Counted from the first letter of the stretch, positions 29,458 through 40,106 are shown. The stretch is DNA of 47,131 nucleotides from an uncultured Chlamydiae bacterium (GCA_963830365.1 CAWHMU010000025.1:1-47131), one strand, 5' to 3'. The notes: generated by a model from the sequence alone, not told the origin. A program made the numbers and translations.

Positions 29458-32040
29458 ATGTTTAAACTCGTCGTCATTTCCCCTTCACAGACCCCTGCGA
29501 CGCATTGCTTCGATCGTAATTCAATTGTCATTGGCGCTCAAAATTCAACCCTGGCTGATTTCACTGTGGCTGAAGATCTGCTTGATCGCCACGTCCAAAT
29601 CCTTACTCAAATTACTGAAAATAAACCTTATTATTTTATAATCAATCTCGCCCAAGATCCTTTTGTCACCTTGAATGATCTGCCTTTTGGTAAGCGCCCT
29701 CTGCATGACCAAGATGTCATTCAACTTGGAAACACTTCACTGCGCTTTGAACTGGAGGAAATCCAATCCCCGGCTACAGCAGCTGCACCTGTGCCGCAAA
29801 AGAAACTCGAACTGCCGAAGAATAAAGAAGAATTTACCTTTTCCGATATCGATGCCCTTATGCAACAGGTTGAGAATATCGCCGCTGCATCCCCTGAAAA
29901 AAAAGATCTTTCACCACCTGCGGCTGAGATGACAGCCCCCACGGCAGCTCTGCCTGCCACGCAAATAACGCTAGCCACACCAGAAGCGCTTGCTCCTCCA
30001 ATTGCGATTCCCCATGCACCCGTATCCGAAGAGGCTAATGGCGCTTTGCTGCCAGTGGAAACACCCAGCGCTGCGGCTGAATCCCAAGCCGTAATAAACG
30101 CCCCTCCCCCCCCTGCTGAAGCCGAATCTGCCGCGCCATCCTCAACAGCACATACCCCTAAACTTTGCCTCAAAGATTACTATTTGAGCGAATACGACGA
30201 AGACCATGAAAGCAATCACCCTGTGCGCGAACCCGTCCAGAAAAACACTACAGATACTGTAGAGAAGACCTATTGGTCCGAAGGTTTCAAAATCCTCGCC
30301 TCCTTAGTCGGTGTTTTCAGCATCATCATGAGCTTAGCCTACCTTTGGATCAGCGATCAAAGTGGTGAAGCGGAAATCCGTGCCGCCAGAAGCATTGCCG
30401 ATGTAACGATGGCCCTCACCTATGCCGATATCAAACATATCCATCCTCAGAATCAAAATTGGTCCGATCCCGAATTCATCAACAATACGCTTACTGCCGT
30501 GCTTGCCCCCGAATACCCTTCGCTGGCCCAATTCGATACCCATAGCCAATTTGCCTCTTGCCCATATATGCTTAGGATATATACCAGCAGCAACTTGGCG
30601 CAATTCCTGGTGATCGCCCAGCCCGCCCCAAGCTTGCTGCAGTGGATGGTGCCTAAAGCGACTATCATCATCGATTCCTCTGCCATGGAAATGCGTAAAA
30701 TCAAAGATCTAAAAGCCCTCAACCGGCTATTAGTTAATGCCAATATGGCCGAGGGAACCCACTCCGATGAAATTTCCGGACTTGTTAAACAAGGGGAGCT
30801 CATTCCGCTGACTATGCTTAACGATAAAAAGGAAAAGTATGGCTTTGCTCCCCCCAAAGCTTTGGCTTTGATCCGACCAGGCGCCGAAAATCTTGTCTAT
30901 AACGCTCCTCGCTATTATTTGCTTGGCCAAAATCTTATCGGCAAAGCTTTTGAGCTTATCGAAAAGCCTGCCAGCAATCATGAAGTGGCCATGTTCCAGC
31001 AAGAACTCACCGCTTTGGCGGACTTCCCAAATCTTATTTTATATTCCCCCGAAGGACTGCAAGAAGCCCTGGAATCGCAAAAGGCTTTGACATTGCTTGC
31101 GCCGAAAGAAAAATTTCTCATAGCATACCTGCAACACAACGCCCAAGGAATCATCACCGGCGCACATTTATTGATGGATGATGCCCCGGACGAAGAGGTT
31201 GTCGGCAAACAGCCCCTCCCCCAAGCAGAATCCCCGAGCCATAGTAAGCCCTCCCAAATAGCAGCTTTAGCGACATCAGTATCATTCCACCCCAGCACCA
31301 TTTCGCTGGCCGAACAATTCGGCATCGATCAAAGAGACCCTCTCTTCATACGATTATCAGCCCTTACAACAAACCGTCAGCAAGAATTACAGCCGATCAG
31401 CGACGAAATAACTTCGCTCCTGCATGCCCAAACACTAGCCTGGCAGCCATCTTTTGCAGAACATTTTTTGAAACTGCAGGCACAATATTTAAAAATCGAT
31501 GAAGAACAGCTTGGAAAGATCGTGCAGAGTCTGGCCGCCATCTCTCGTGACACCACGTATCTGCCGGCTTCGCGTTTCCTGGAATTTGTCAAAGCCGCCG
31601 CACTTGAACCGTTTCTACAGCAATGGCTGACTACCCTTAAGCAAGATCCCGCCACCAACCAGATTTCTGCCGAAGAAATAGAACAATTGCATAAGCAAAT
31701 TGAAATGAGCGCCACCTGGCAGGAACTGGAAAACAATATAGATCCGGTGGCCGATCTCTTATATTTGGGCAATATACCCGATGAAGAAAATCTAATCTCC
31801 TATCAAAATGCGATCCGCACTCACGTCATCCAGAAATTGAACCTCTTCTTTTTGTCTGCAGATAACCAAGCACTCCCCAAAGAGGCTTTTATGCCCGAAT
31901 ATCGACAAATCCTGATCAACATCCTCGAATCGGCCTGGATCATCGATTCCGATACCTATAACTTCTATCTGGACGAATTCGACTTAAAATCCGCTCCCAT
32001 GCGTACTTTAAAACAGGTGAAAGACAATGGATCCCTTTGA
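29458..32040 (+). CDS. Large FHA-like domain membrane protein, function unknown
   Basis: N-terminal FHA-like fold (IVIG...RHVQI...VTLND...LHDQDVIQLGNTSLRF), Pro/Ala linker, one TM (~aa 278-298), long C-terminal region. Confidence 0.65.
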   Translation: MFKLVVISPSQTPATHCFDRNSIVIGAQNSTLADFTVAEDLLDRHVQILTQITENKPYYFIINLAQDPFVTLNDLPFGKRPLHDQDVIQLGNTSLRFELEEIQSPATAAAPVPQKKLELPKNKEEFTFSDIDALMQQVENIAAASPEKKDLSPPAAEMTAPTAALPATQITLATPEALAPPIAIPHAPVSEEANGALLPVETPSAAAESQAVINAPPPPAEAESAAPSSTAHTPKLCLKDYYLSEYDEDHESNHPVREPVQKNTTDTVEKTYWSEGFKILASLVGVFSIIMSLAYLWISDQSGEAEIRAARSIADVTMALTYADIKHIHPQNQNWSDPEFINNTLTAVLAPEYPSLAQFDTHSQFASCPYMLRIYTSSNLAQFLVIAQPAPSLLQWMVPKATIIIDSSAMEMRKIKDLKALNRLLVNANMAEGTHSDEISGLVKQGELIPLTMLNDKKEKYGFAPPKALALIRPGAENLVYNAPRYYLLGQNLIGKAFELIEKPASNHEVAMFQQELTALADFPNLILYSPEGLQEALESQKALTLLAPKEKFLIAYLQHNAQGIITGAHLLMDDAPDEEVVGKQPLPQAESPSHSKPSQIAALATSVSFHPSTISLAEQFGIDQRDPLFIRLSALTTNRQQELQPISDEITSLLHAQTLAWQPSFAEHFLKLQAQYLKIDEEQLGKIVQSLAAISRDTTYLPASRFLEFVKAAALEPFLQQWLTTLKQDPATNQISAEEIEQLHKQIEMSATWQELENNIDPVADLLYLGNIPDEENLISYQNAIRTHVIQKLNLFFLSADNQALPKEAFMPEYRQILINILESAWIIDSDTYNFYLDEFDLKSAPMRTLKQVKDNGSL

Positions 32041-34567
32041 TCTGCGCCTGTGGAAGGGTTTTGCTGCGGCCGGCGGCGACACAACCAAACCCGCCATCAC
32101 CGATCAAATAGCTATCGATTCCCGCCGCATAGATTCCAACAACGCCCTTTTCGTCCCCCTTGCAGGCAGCGTACATGACGGCCACAAATTCATCGTCCAG
32201 GCCGCCAAAGCCGGCGCCCGCTATGCCCTGGCTAGAAAAGACTGGTCCCCGCAGGACCCATTGGAAAGCGCCGCCCTTAAACATCTCCAACTGCTGCCTG
32301 TCGATGACCCTTTGCAAGCCTTTCAGCAGATTGCCAGCGCCTACCGCAAACACCAGAGCTGCCTCGTCATCAGCATCGCCGGCTCTTATGGCAAGACGAT
32401 GGTAAAAGACCTCTTACAGCGCATGCTGGCAACTACATTTTCCGTCGTCGCCTCTCCCGAAAGCTTTAACAGCCAAATCGGCGTGCCCTTAAGCCTGCTT
32501 ACCATCCGCAAAGGACATGATATCGCCCTGATCGAAGCCGGCATTTCCCATAAAAATGAAATGGATATGCTAAGTCAAACTATCGCCGCCGACTGCGGCA
32601 TTGTGACACATATCGGCAAAAAGCATCTGGCCACTCTGGGCGATCTGGATACCGTGGCCGCCGAAATGCTAAAAAGCCTTTCAATGCCTTCAAAAAAACG
32701 CTGGGGCATCGTCCCTAAGGACCTCCACCTGCTGCCGCTGCTTGGACAGTTGACTGCCGATTATCATTTCTGGAATGCCCCCTCCCCCATGCTGCCGCAT
32801 GCCAGCTTTGTCTCCGAAGAGCGAGGCGCCAAAATCCCCTACCTCATCGATTTCCCCGATGGGAAGCAGCATTTCGGCCAGATCACGTCAGGCTTCTACT
32901 ACTTTCTTGATTTAATCAATATCACCGTCAAAGCCGCCTGGCTGCTCGGCATTTCGGCTGAGGCCATCGGCGGCGTGCTGCGCGATTATGCCCCTGAGCC
33001 TATGCGTACCGAGATATGGAAATCTCCCATTGGCACAACCTTCATTAACGACACCTACTGTTCCGATCCCCAATCGGTGGACCTTGCCCTCAACTATTTC
33101 CAGCAAAACACCCTCAACAGCCGCAAGATCTTTGCCTTCGGCGGCATGCGCGGCAAACACCAGCATCACGATATGGCCTATCGGCGCATCGGCAAAGCCA
33201 TTCACCGCTCTAAGGTAGATCTGCTGATGCTCTTTGGCACGCACGATTTCCAGCCGCTGATCGATGAAGTCCAGACACTGGCTCCCGGCGTTGAAATTTT
33301 CCAATGCGCTTCCTACAAAGACGTCCTCCACCTCATGCAGGCACGTGTCAAGCAGGACGATGTCGTGCTTATCAAAGGTGAAAGCAAGCATACCATCGAC
33401 AACCTCACCGAAGCCTTTAACGACAGTATCTGCAGCAATCAATGCATCATCAACCTGGCCGCCATCGCCGACAACATTGCCACCATCCGCAAAAAGCTGT
33501 CATCCAACACGCGCTTCATGGTCATGGTCAAAGCGCTGGCTTATGGCACCGATGAAATCCGCATGGCCAAATTTCTTGAGACCCAGCATATCGATATCCT
33601 GGGCGTTTCTTATGTCGATGAAGGCGTAGTTCTAAAGCGGGCCGGCGTCAGCCAAGCCATCTTTGTGATCAATGCCGCCATCTATGAAGCTGCCAAAGTC
33701 GTGAAGTGGGGACTTGAAATCGGCGTCAGCGACAAATTGCTGATTGAAGCCGTCGCCGGCGAAGCCATGCGCCAGAATAAAAAGATAAAAGTGCACCTCC
33801 ACGTCGATAGCGGCATGGGGCGTTTCGGCTGCCGCTCTGAGGAGGTACTGGGACTAGCCAAATTGATCATGGACTGTCCGTCGCTTGAATTCGAGGGTAT
33901 CATGACCCACTTTGCCTGTGCCGACGACCCAAGTCAGGATGAGTTTACTCTTGCTCAGGCAGAAAGATTTACCCAGTCGATACAGGAGCTAACCACCCAC
34001 GGCGTATCTCCTCGTTGGTGCCATGCCGCCAATTCCAGCGGCGCTATGCGCTTCAACTTCCCTCAATTCAACATGGTACGCATCGGCCTGGCCGTCTATG
34101 GCCTTTATTCCTCCCAGGCCACCAAAGAAGCGCAGGAACTACGCCTGGCGCTATCATTGATCTCGCGCATCGTCGGCATCAACACCTGCAAGCAGGGCGA
34201 AACCATCAGCTATGGCAGAAGCTATAGTGTGCAGCGCGAGAAACGGCGCATCGCCGTGCTCCCCATCGGCTATTTCGACGGTCTCCACCGCAACTATAGC
34301 GGCAAAGGCGCTGTCATCATCCGCGGCCAAAAAGCCCCCATGGTAGGTAAAATCTGCATGGATTTTATGATGGTCGATGTCACCGATATCCCCAATGCCG
34401 CCCCTGGCGATGCCGTCTTGATCTTCGGCGAAGACGAATATGGCCACTACCTCTCACCTGAAGAACTTGCCACCCGCGGCGATTCCATCATCCATGAACT
34501 CATCACCTGCCTTGGGCCCCGCATCCAACGCATCTTCGTCTATGAAGAAGCCCACCGCAGCCACTAA
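32027..34567 (+). CDS. alr: Bifunctional MurF-like ligase / alanine racemase fusion
   Basis: IDSR, DGHKF, GSYGKT, SFNSQIGVP, IEAGIS, INDTY; then VMVKALAYG (PLP Lys), HVDSGMGRFG, ISYG, IGYFDG, VGKICMD. Confidence 0.93.
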   Translation: MDPFDLRLWKGFAAAGGDTTKPAITDQIAIDSRRIDSNNALFVPLAGSVHDGHKFIVQAAKAGARYALARKDWSPQDPLESAALKHLQLLPVDDPLQAFQQIASAYRKHQSCLVISIAGSYGKTMVKDLLQRMLATTFSVVASPESFNSQIGVPLSLLTIRKGHDIALIEAGISHKNEMDMLSQTIAADCGIVTHIGKKHLATLGDLDTVAAEMLKSLSMPSKKRWGIVPKDLHLLPLLGQLTADYHFWNAPSPMLPHASFVSEERGAKIPYLIDFPDGKQHFGQITSGFYYFLDLINITVKAAWLLGISAEAIGGVLRDYAPEPMRTEIWKSPIGTTFINDTYCSDPQSVDLALNYFQQNTLNSRKIFAFGGMRGKHQHHDMAYRRIGKAIHRSKVDLLMLFGTHDFQPLIDEVQTLAPGVEIFQCASYKDVLHLMQARVKQDDVVLIKGESKHTIDNLTEAFNDSICSNQCIINLAAIADNIATIRKKLSSNTRFMVMVKALAYGTDEIRMAKFLETQHIDILGVSYVDEGVVLKRAGVSQAIFVINAAIYEAAKVVKWGLEIGVSDKLLIEAVAGEAMRQNKKIKVHLHVDSGMGRFGCRSEEVLGLAKLIMDCPSLEFEGIMTHFACADDPSQDEFTLAQAERFTQSIQELTTHGVSPRWCHAANSSGAMRFNFPQFNMVRIGLAVYGLYSSQATKEAQELRLALSLISRIVGINTCKQGETISYGRSYSVQREKRRIAVLPIGYFDGLHRNYSGKGAVIIRGQKAPMVGKICMDFMMVDVTDIPNAAPGDAVLIFGEDEYGHYLSPEELATRGDSIIHELITCLGPRIQRIFVYEEAHRSH

Positions 34568-34572
34568 GAAAC

Positions 34573-34713
34573 TTCACCACCGAGGCACAGAGGAGTACCA
34601 GTTCCAAATAGTTCCAGAATAGACTTTCTTCTGTTCCCTCTGTATTTAGCCTGCCTGATGCATATTTATCAAGAAGACCGACCTTCTCTGTGTCTCTGTG
34701 CCTCTGTGGTGAA
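34573..34713. repeat. CACAGAG-family inverted repeat
   Basis: ttcaccaccgaggcacagagg ... ctctgtgtctctgtgcctctgtggtgaa; same family as 7018-7123 and the MITE-A interior. Confidence 0.75.
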
Positions 34714-34814
34714 CCTGCTGCGTTGTTTATTCTGCAATAAAAATCACTGGGAAGTTATTGCGCGGTTGGCTTATGGTGGATGCAGCTTGAATCAACCAAA
34801 AGTCCTGGGGTATC

Positions 34815-36341
34815 ATGGATCAATCGCAACAAACCTACGCCAAACTGCATCATCTCAGCCGCCAAGGGCGCATCTTAACGGGCATCTCCCACATTTTAGA
34901 TTGGGACCAGGAGACCTATATGCCGCCGGGAGCGGCCGGCATCCGCGGGGAACAGCTCAAAATGCTGGCAGGTCTTATCCACAGCGAGAAGACAAGCAAA
35001 ACATTCGCCTCAACGCTTGCCAAACTGATCGATATTTCCACCGGCGAGGTGCTGGCCACAAAACTCCCGCCTGCCCAAATTGCCGCGCTGCATCAATGGA
35101 GACGCGACTATGTCAAAGCTAAAGCGTTGCCGAAAATCTTCGTCGAAGACTATGCCCAGCTATCCTCCCAGTCGATTTTGGCTTGGCGCCAGGCCAGGCA
35201 CGACAATGACTTTAAACACTTTGCCCCCTACCTTGAAAAGCTCATCGGCATGGCCCGCAAGAAGGCTGATTATCTGGGTTATCAACAGCACCCTTATGAT
35301 GCCCTGTTGGACGAATATGAACCTGGAGCTACCACGCAAGAGATTAGCGACGTCTTTAGTGTACTGCGCAAATCCATTGTCGGTTTGCTAAAAAAAATTT
35401 CTTCCGCCAAACAAATCGATGACAGTTTCCTGCAGGGCAACTTTCCGCAAGACAAACAGCTCGAATTTTCAAATCTTATTTTACGCGACATGGGCTATGA
35501 CATGAATTATGGGCGTCTCGACTGCTCCACCCATCCTTTTTCATCCGCCAGCCATCCTACAGATAGCCGCATCACGACGCGCTTTCACCCCACTTCCCTG
35601 ATGAGCTGCTTTTCCGCCGTGTTGCATGAAGCCGGCCATGCCCTTTATGAAATGGGCCTGCCGGTGGAGCAATATGGCACCCCGCTCGGCGATGCCATCT
35701 CACTCGGCATGCACGAAAGCCAATCGCGCTGGTGGGAAACACGCATCGGTCAAAGCAAGCCCTATTGGCAGCACTATTTACCGCCCTTGCAAAAGCTCTT
35801 TAAAGGCGAACTAGCCAAGGTCAGCTTGGACCAGTTTTACCGCGCCATCAATAAAGTCGAACCTTCCCTGATCCGCATCGAAGCCGATGAAGTAACCTAC
35901 TCGCTGCACGTCATCCTGCGTTTTGAACTGGAACGCGCACTGATCGAAGGTTCATTGGCCGTACGCGATGTTCCGGCAGCCTGGAATGCCAAAATGCAGG
36001 AGCTGCTAGGCATTAAGCCCGCCCATAATGCTGAGGGATGTCTGCAGGATATCCACTGGTCGATGGGCGCCTTCGGCTACTTTCCCACCTACACCTTGGG
36101 CAACTTATACGCCTCACAATTTTTTGAGACCTTTGCCGCAGCGCATCCCGATTGGGAAAAGCGCGTAGCCGCCGGCGACTTGCTGTTCATCAAGGCATGG
36201 CTGAACGACAAGGTACATAAACACGGCCGCCGTTATTCCAGCCTGGAATTGCTAAAGAAAGTCACCGGCAAGAAATTCAGCGCCGCCCCTTTTGTCAGCT
36301 ATCTGACAGAAAAATACGGCGCCGTTTATGGACTTAAGTAG
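34815..36341 (+). CDS. Carboxypeptidase, M32 (Taq) family
   Basis: WDQETYMP, YDALLDEYEPG, HPF, HEAGH (HExxH), HESQS, IRIEADE, GCLQDIHW, GYFPTY. Confidence 0.96.
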   Translation: MDQSQQTYAKLHHLSRQGRILTGISHILDWDQETYMPPGAAGIRGEQLKMLAGLIHSEKTSKTFASTLAKLIDISTGEVLATKLPPAQIAALHQWRRDYVKAKALPKIFVEDYAQLSSQSILAWRQARHDNDFKHFAPYLEKLIGMARKKADYLGYQQHPYDALLDEYEPGATTQEISDVFSVLRKSIVGLLKKISSAKQIDDSFLQGNFPQDKQLEFSNLILRDMGYDMNYGRLDCSTHPFSSASHPTDSRITTRFHPTSLMSCFSAVLHEAGHALYEMGLPVEQYGTPLGDAISLGMHESQSRWWETRIGQSKPYWQHYLPPLQKLFKGELAKVSLDQFYRAINKVEPSLIRIEADEVTYSLHVILRFELERALIEGSLAVRDVPAAWNAKMQELLGIKPAHNAEGCLQDIHWSMGAFGYFPTYTLGNLYASQFFETFAAAHPDWEKRVAAGDLLFIKAWLNDKVHKHGRRYSSLELLKKVTGKKFSAAPFVSYLTEKYGAVYGLK

Positions 36342-36361
36342 GGTGGAGGTGAGCTCTACTC

Positions 36362-37129
36362 TCACATCCTTCCAATACCACACTTAAAATCTGCAATGTT
36401 GCTAACAATCGTCAGGCTTTCGCTTTTTATACGCTCACAGCGATCCTCAAGCCATTGTCTGACGGTTGTATTAATCACATCATTCAGTAATTTCGCAGCC
36501 TCTTTTTCAACCCCAAACTTCTCAAGGAAAAAGCGGAGCCGATCTTCTCCTGCTACGAAATCAATGAAAGCATATCCCCCCACTTCTGTAACCTTACGCT
36601 CCTCCAGCCATGGCTTGACGACGGCATTAATAGCATCATTAAGGGATTGCTTTTCCTTATCAATTTTCACACCATGCTTGGCCAGGTAAGATCCTAGCCA
36701 GCCCCCTCCCCGTGTAAAATTAATGTTAACGTTATATGATTTCTGATCTCCATCCATCGTTAGGATTTTCTGCGTTTCGCGTGCAAGGAGGCCTTTTAAA
36801 TTCTTTAGGTCCTTCTCATCGAAATATGCTCCGATAATGGAGCCAACGTCTTCGCCTAACTGCCGAAACCCTTGATTATTAGCATAAATCACATGCTCGC
36901 CAGCTGCCGATAACGCGCCCGGTCCATCACCATTTAAAACATTTTGGACCGCACCATCTGTTTTTTGTTCGGTGGCAAAATTTGGCGAGCGTGAACGCGA
37001 ACCGCCCATTGTGAACCCATTGAGTCTGTGTGCGTAAGGGGGCAAAGTTGCCATAGGGCAACCATGTGTTTCTGCAAAAAAGGCTGATGAAGAGGACGAT
37101 GATGAAGAGGACGATGATGAAGATGACAT
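36362..37129 (-). CDS. Hypothetical protein with poly-Ser N-terminus and internal duplication (candidate effector)
   Basis: 255 aa ORF, RBS aggag; poly-Ser encoded by a 15-bp tandem repeat; two ~45-aa repeats ending LNDxIN..V..WLE.R. Confidence 0.65.
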   Translation of the reverse strand: MSSSSSSSSSSSSSSAFFAETHGCPMATLPPYAHRLNGFTMGGSRSRSPNFATEQKTDGAVQNVLNGDGPGALSAAGEHVIYANNQGFRQLGEDVGSIIGAYFDEKDLKNLKGLLARETQKILTMDGDQKSYNVNINFTRGGGWLGSYLAKHGVKIDKEKQSLNDAINAVVKPWLEERKVTEVGGYAFIDFVAGEDRLRFFLEKFGVEKEAAKLLNDVINTTVRQWLEDRCERIKSESLTIVSNIADFKCGIGRM

Positions 37130-37318
37130 AACGACTCCTGGGTAGAATCATTCGTTGACATAGGGGCTGACTTGTGCAGCTAGACACTGATATCACGCAG
37201 TTTAAGACTTGCGGATGCAAGCGACGCCGCGTTGCACTGCCCCGCGTTGTCATTGGAATTCTGCATAACACAAATTCAAGCAGCTAAGCAATCAGATAAA
37301 AGCACAAACAATAAAGAT

Positions 37319-37566
37319 GATCCTAGAAACGGCAGTTGCCCATGGACAACTGCCGTTTCTAGGATAATTATGAGCGGCAGCAGCAATATCTTTTTCGCCC
37401 TTTCTCTCATTCTGTAGCCCATACCTATGCGCAGCAGAGGTGTGGGCTACAGAATGAGAGAAAAAGGGCAAAAAAGATGAGACTCCGCTACTAAATAAGC
37501 TTTAAAATGAAAATGAATTCGCTCAATTTCAAGGCTTGTATGTGGATAATCTTAGAAACGGCAGTC
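37319..37566. repeat. Hairpin cluster / MITE-like element with ACTGCCGTTTCTA(G/A)GAT ends
   Basis: Hairpin 37319-37365; hairpin 37388-37478; terminal IR pair 37349-37368 / 37547-37566. Confidence 0.7.
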
Positions 37567-37661
37567 ATCCGGCAAATTGGTACTCTGGACGAAGCACCGA
37601 TTTGCCGGCTGATTCACTTTTCAGAAACATGCGCCGTTGATGACCTTACACTCGATCTCTG

Positions 37662-39887
37662 CTATAGCTCATCAGTATGGCTTTGGATGATTACTTTCCC
37701 ACGCAGCATGGGAATTTGGAAGAGATATCCAAAAGCCTCATGCATGACTTTGACAAAATTGACATGTCCCAGACGCTCATGCACCGATTCGATGGCTTTA
37801 ATTGCACTGAGCATACGGTTGAAACGCTCCGGCATAATGGCGCGTTCACGGAAAAGCAGGCATGGTCCATAGATCATCAGATCCAGCTGCTCCCGATCCA
37901 TCTCCGATAGGCGCTCCTGATTGAGGAATTTCAAGAAGACAAACAATTGCGCGCTTGTCGACAAGCTGATATCCAGCCCGTCCTTGCAGCAGAACCCTAC
38001 CACATCGGCTTTGGCAAGTTCGACAATCTTCAACTGCAAGAAGAGGTAGAAGATCTCGATAAAATCCATACGGTTCTCTCTTGGCAAAACATTTTTTCCC
38101 GAGAAGAAGATGCGGTGCACAGCCTGCATGGCGTCATTGATGAAGCCTCCCATAAGGACTTTCTTAATGCCTTCAGGAAACAGGTATCCACAGCTTTCAT
38201 CCACCAGCTGCTCTTTAAAACCCTGCATAAACACATCTGCGTGATTCTCCTGCTGATATGGGGCCAGCTGATGATAAAACTCGGTATCTTTAGCCAGCGT
38301 CACCACCTCAATATGCTTATCATAGGTTTCCTGACTTTGCAGCTCTTCGATAGCCACCGAGCGGAAATGCTCTTTCCATGTAGCCCGGTCCTGCAAGTTA
38401 ATGACCAAACACTTCTTCATGCGATGTTCATGCAGGCAGGCCCGCAAATAGCCTTTAAATTCATCAATAACCGTCGCCTTATGGATAAACTCCTGATGCG
38501 TCGGCGTCGGCCAGCGCGCAAACAGACACTTACTTTCCTGCACATACAATGTATATAGTTGTGAAGGCAAATTTTCCTGGATTAGCGGATCATACTCATG
38601 GTAACTGCCCTCTTCTAAAGCCCCTAGGATCTTATTCAACGGCCCATTGGGATGCAATTTGAGCAACTTAGCCATCCCCTTATAGTCACCGGCCAACTGG
38701 CCTACCAAAAGATGCGAAGCTTCATCGGCATGTGCTGCCGCCTGTTCCTTATGTGCCCGCTGTACAAAGCCATGCACCAGCGACAAAAGCGACTGAATAC
38801 CATTTAGCTGGGTGTAAATGGCCATGCACAAGATGTGAATCGTCTCAAGCAGTGTGATGGCAATCTTGCTGGACTTTGCCGGCGGATAGGCAATCAGATG
38901 TTGATAATCGCGTGAATGAAGGCATATTCTTAAAAAAACCTGGAAATCATGCAGGTAATCACGGCAGTTTTTGATCGGTAGATTGTGTGACAGATTATGC
39001 GGATTGGCGGCCATCATTAAGGCCATAAAAGTCTTATTGAGGGTTTCTATCAGTTCGCGATCTTTATAATGCAACGCCTCCCGATAGAACTTCTCGATAT
39101 GCCTATGAGTGGCTTTTATGATATTTCGGGCGCAGCCCAGCGCCACTTTGTCATGCCAGATGCCGGCATCCAATAAAAGATCTTCTTTTTTCTCATCGCC
39201 AAAATAGTCGCCAAAATCGCTCACGAGCTTGATATTGCGAATCAAACGCGGACTGAAAAAGCGCGTACCATCTTCTTTGCGCATGAAAAACAGTTCATAT
39301 TCGAGATCTTTTTTCACAGATTCCAGATCGATAAATACATGCTTGGTCTGATTGCTTTTCCTGCCTATCAACTGCACGTTGCTGTTGGGCAACTTCTTTT
39401 GCGCTAAGGCCAGAATCCATTTTCCGAGCACGCCTTCATCAATCTTGCGATCGATGCGGTTGAGGTAAAATTCCTGTAATTTTTTGTATTCTTTAAGTTC
39501 TGTCACACTTTTTGTTTGTGTGTTGCGAAAGACTTCCGTGTATTTATCCAGCTTCTTGGCTGCTTCCCCAACCAACACCATGATCGTCTTGATGCCCTCA
39601 ACGGCTTGCAGATTGGCAATATGTCCATATTCATTTTTGTAAAAATTACGAAGATAATTCAAAATCACACGGAAAATATCTTTTACCATCCCAATGGTGA
39701 TATCTGCATCTTTATGATGCAGCCAATGCACGGTGTGGTAGCTTAAAGGCTTATCCTGGACAATGAGATCATGTTTCTGTGCTATTCCCACATCATGGTC
39801 GAATTCGAGATCGGCAATATTCGAAAGCGTCTCAACTGCCTCAACTATGGTCAGTGTCGCCGCTTCTTTTTTGTCTTGATTACTCAT
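37662..39887 (-). CDS. Large hypothetical protein, probably conserved in Chlamydiae, with a degenerate CX5R-like loop
   Basis: 741 aa ORF with chromosome-typical composition; CCKDGLDIS near the C-terminus. Confidence 0.7.
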   Translation of the reverse strand: MSNQDKKEAATLTIVEAVETLSNIADLEFDHDVGIAQKHDLIVQDKPLSYHTVHWLHHKDADITIGMVKDIFRVILNYLRNFYKNEYGHIANLQAVEGIKTIMVLVGEAAKKLDKYTEVFRNTQTKSVTELKEYKKLQEFYLNRIDRKIDEGVLGKWILALAQKKLPNSNVQLIGRKSNQTKHVFIDLESVKKDLEYELFFMRKEDGTRFFSPRLIRNIKLVSDFGDYFGDEKKEDLLLDAGIWHDKVALGCARNIIKATHRHIEKFYREALHYKDRELIETLNKTFMALMMAANPHNLSHNLPIKNCRDYLHDFQVFLRICLHSRDYQHLIAYPPAKSSKIAITLLETIHILCMAIYTQLNGIQSLLSLVHGFVQRAHKEQAAAHADEASHLLVGQLAGDYKGMAKLLKLHPNGPLNKILGALEEGSYHEYDPLIQENLPSQLYTLYVQESKCLFARWPTPTHQEFIHKATVIDEFKGYLRACLHEHRMKKCLVINLQDRATWKEHFRSVAIEELQSQETYDKHIEVVTLAKDTEFYHQLAPYQQENHADVFMQGFKEQLVDESCGYLFPEGIKKVLMGGFINDAMQAVHRIFFSGKNVLPRENRMDFIEIFYLFLQLKIVELAKADVVGFCCKDGLDISLSTSAQLFVFLKFLNQERLSEMDREQLDLMIYGPCLLFRERAIMPERFNRMLSAIKAIESVHERLGHVNFVKVMHEAFGYLFQIPMLRGKVIIQSHTDEL

Positions 39888-40106
39888 AAATCCCTACCTT
39901 TTGCTTACTTTTTATCCTAAGCTTTGCAATAATGGCCTCTTCAAAACTTTGCGAGGAAAGATCTTTTTCAACTCCTTAAAGTTATTATTACACAAAAGGC
40001 TAATATATAAAACAAAACCAGTTAATTTATATTAATTATTTAATTTGAATTTATTGGTTTGTTTTGTTACAGTTATAATAACAATTTTACATTACCTAGG
40101 CGGCAG

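Noticed and set aside
34658..35122. 154-aa ORF overlapping the M32 start
   Set aside because: Starts within the CACAGAG repeat and overlaps a well-supported gene out of frame.
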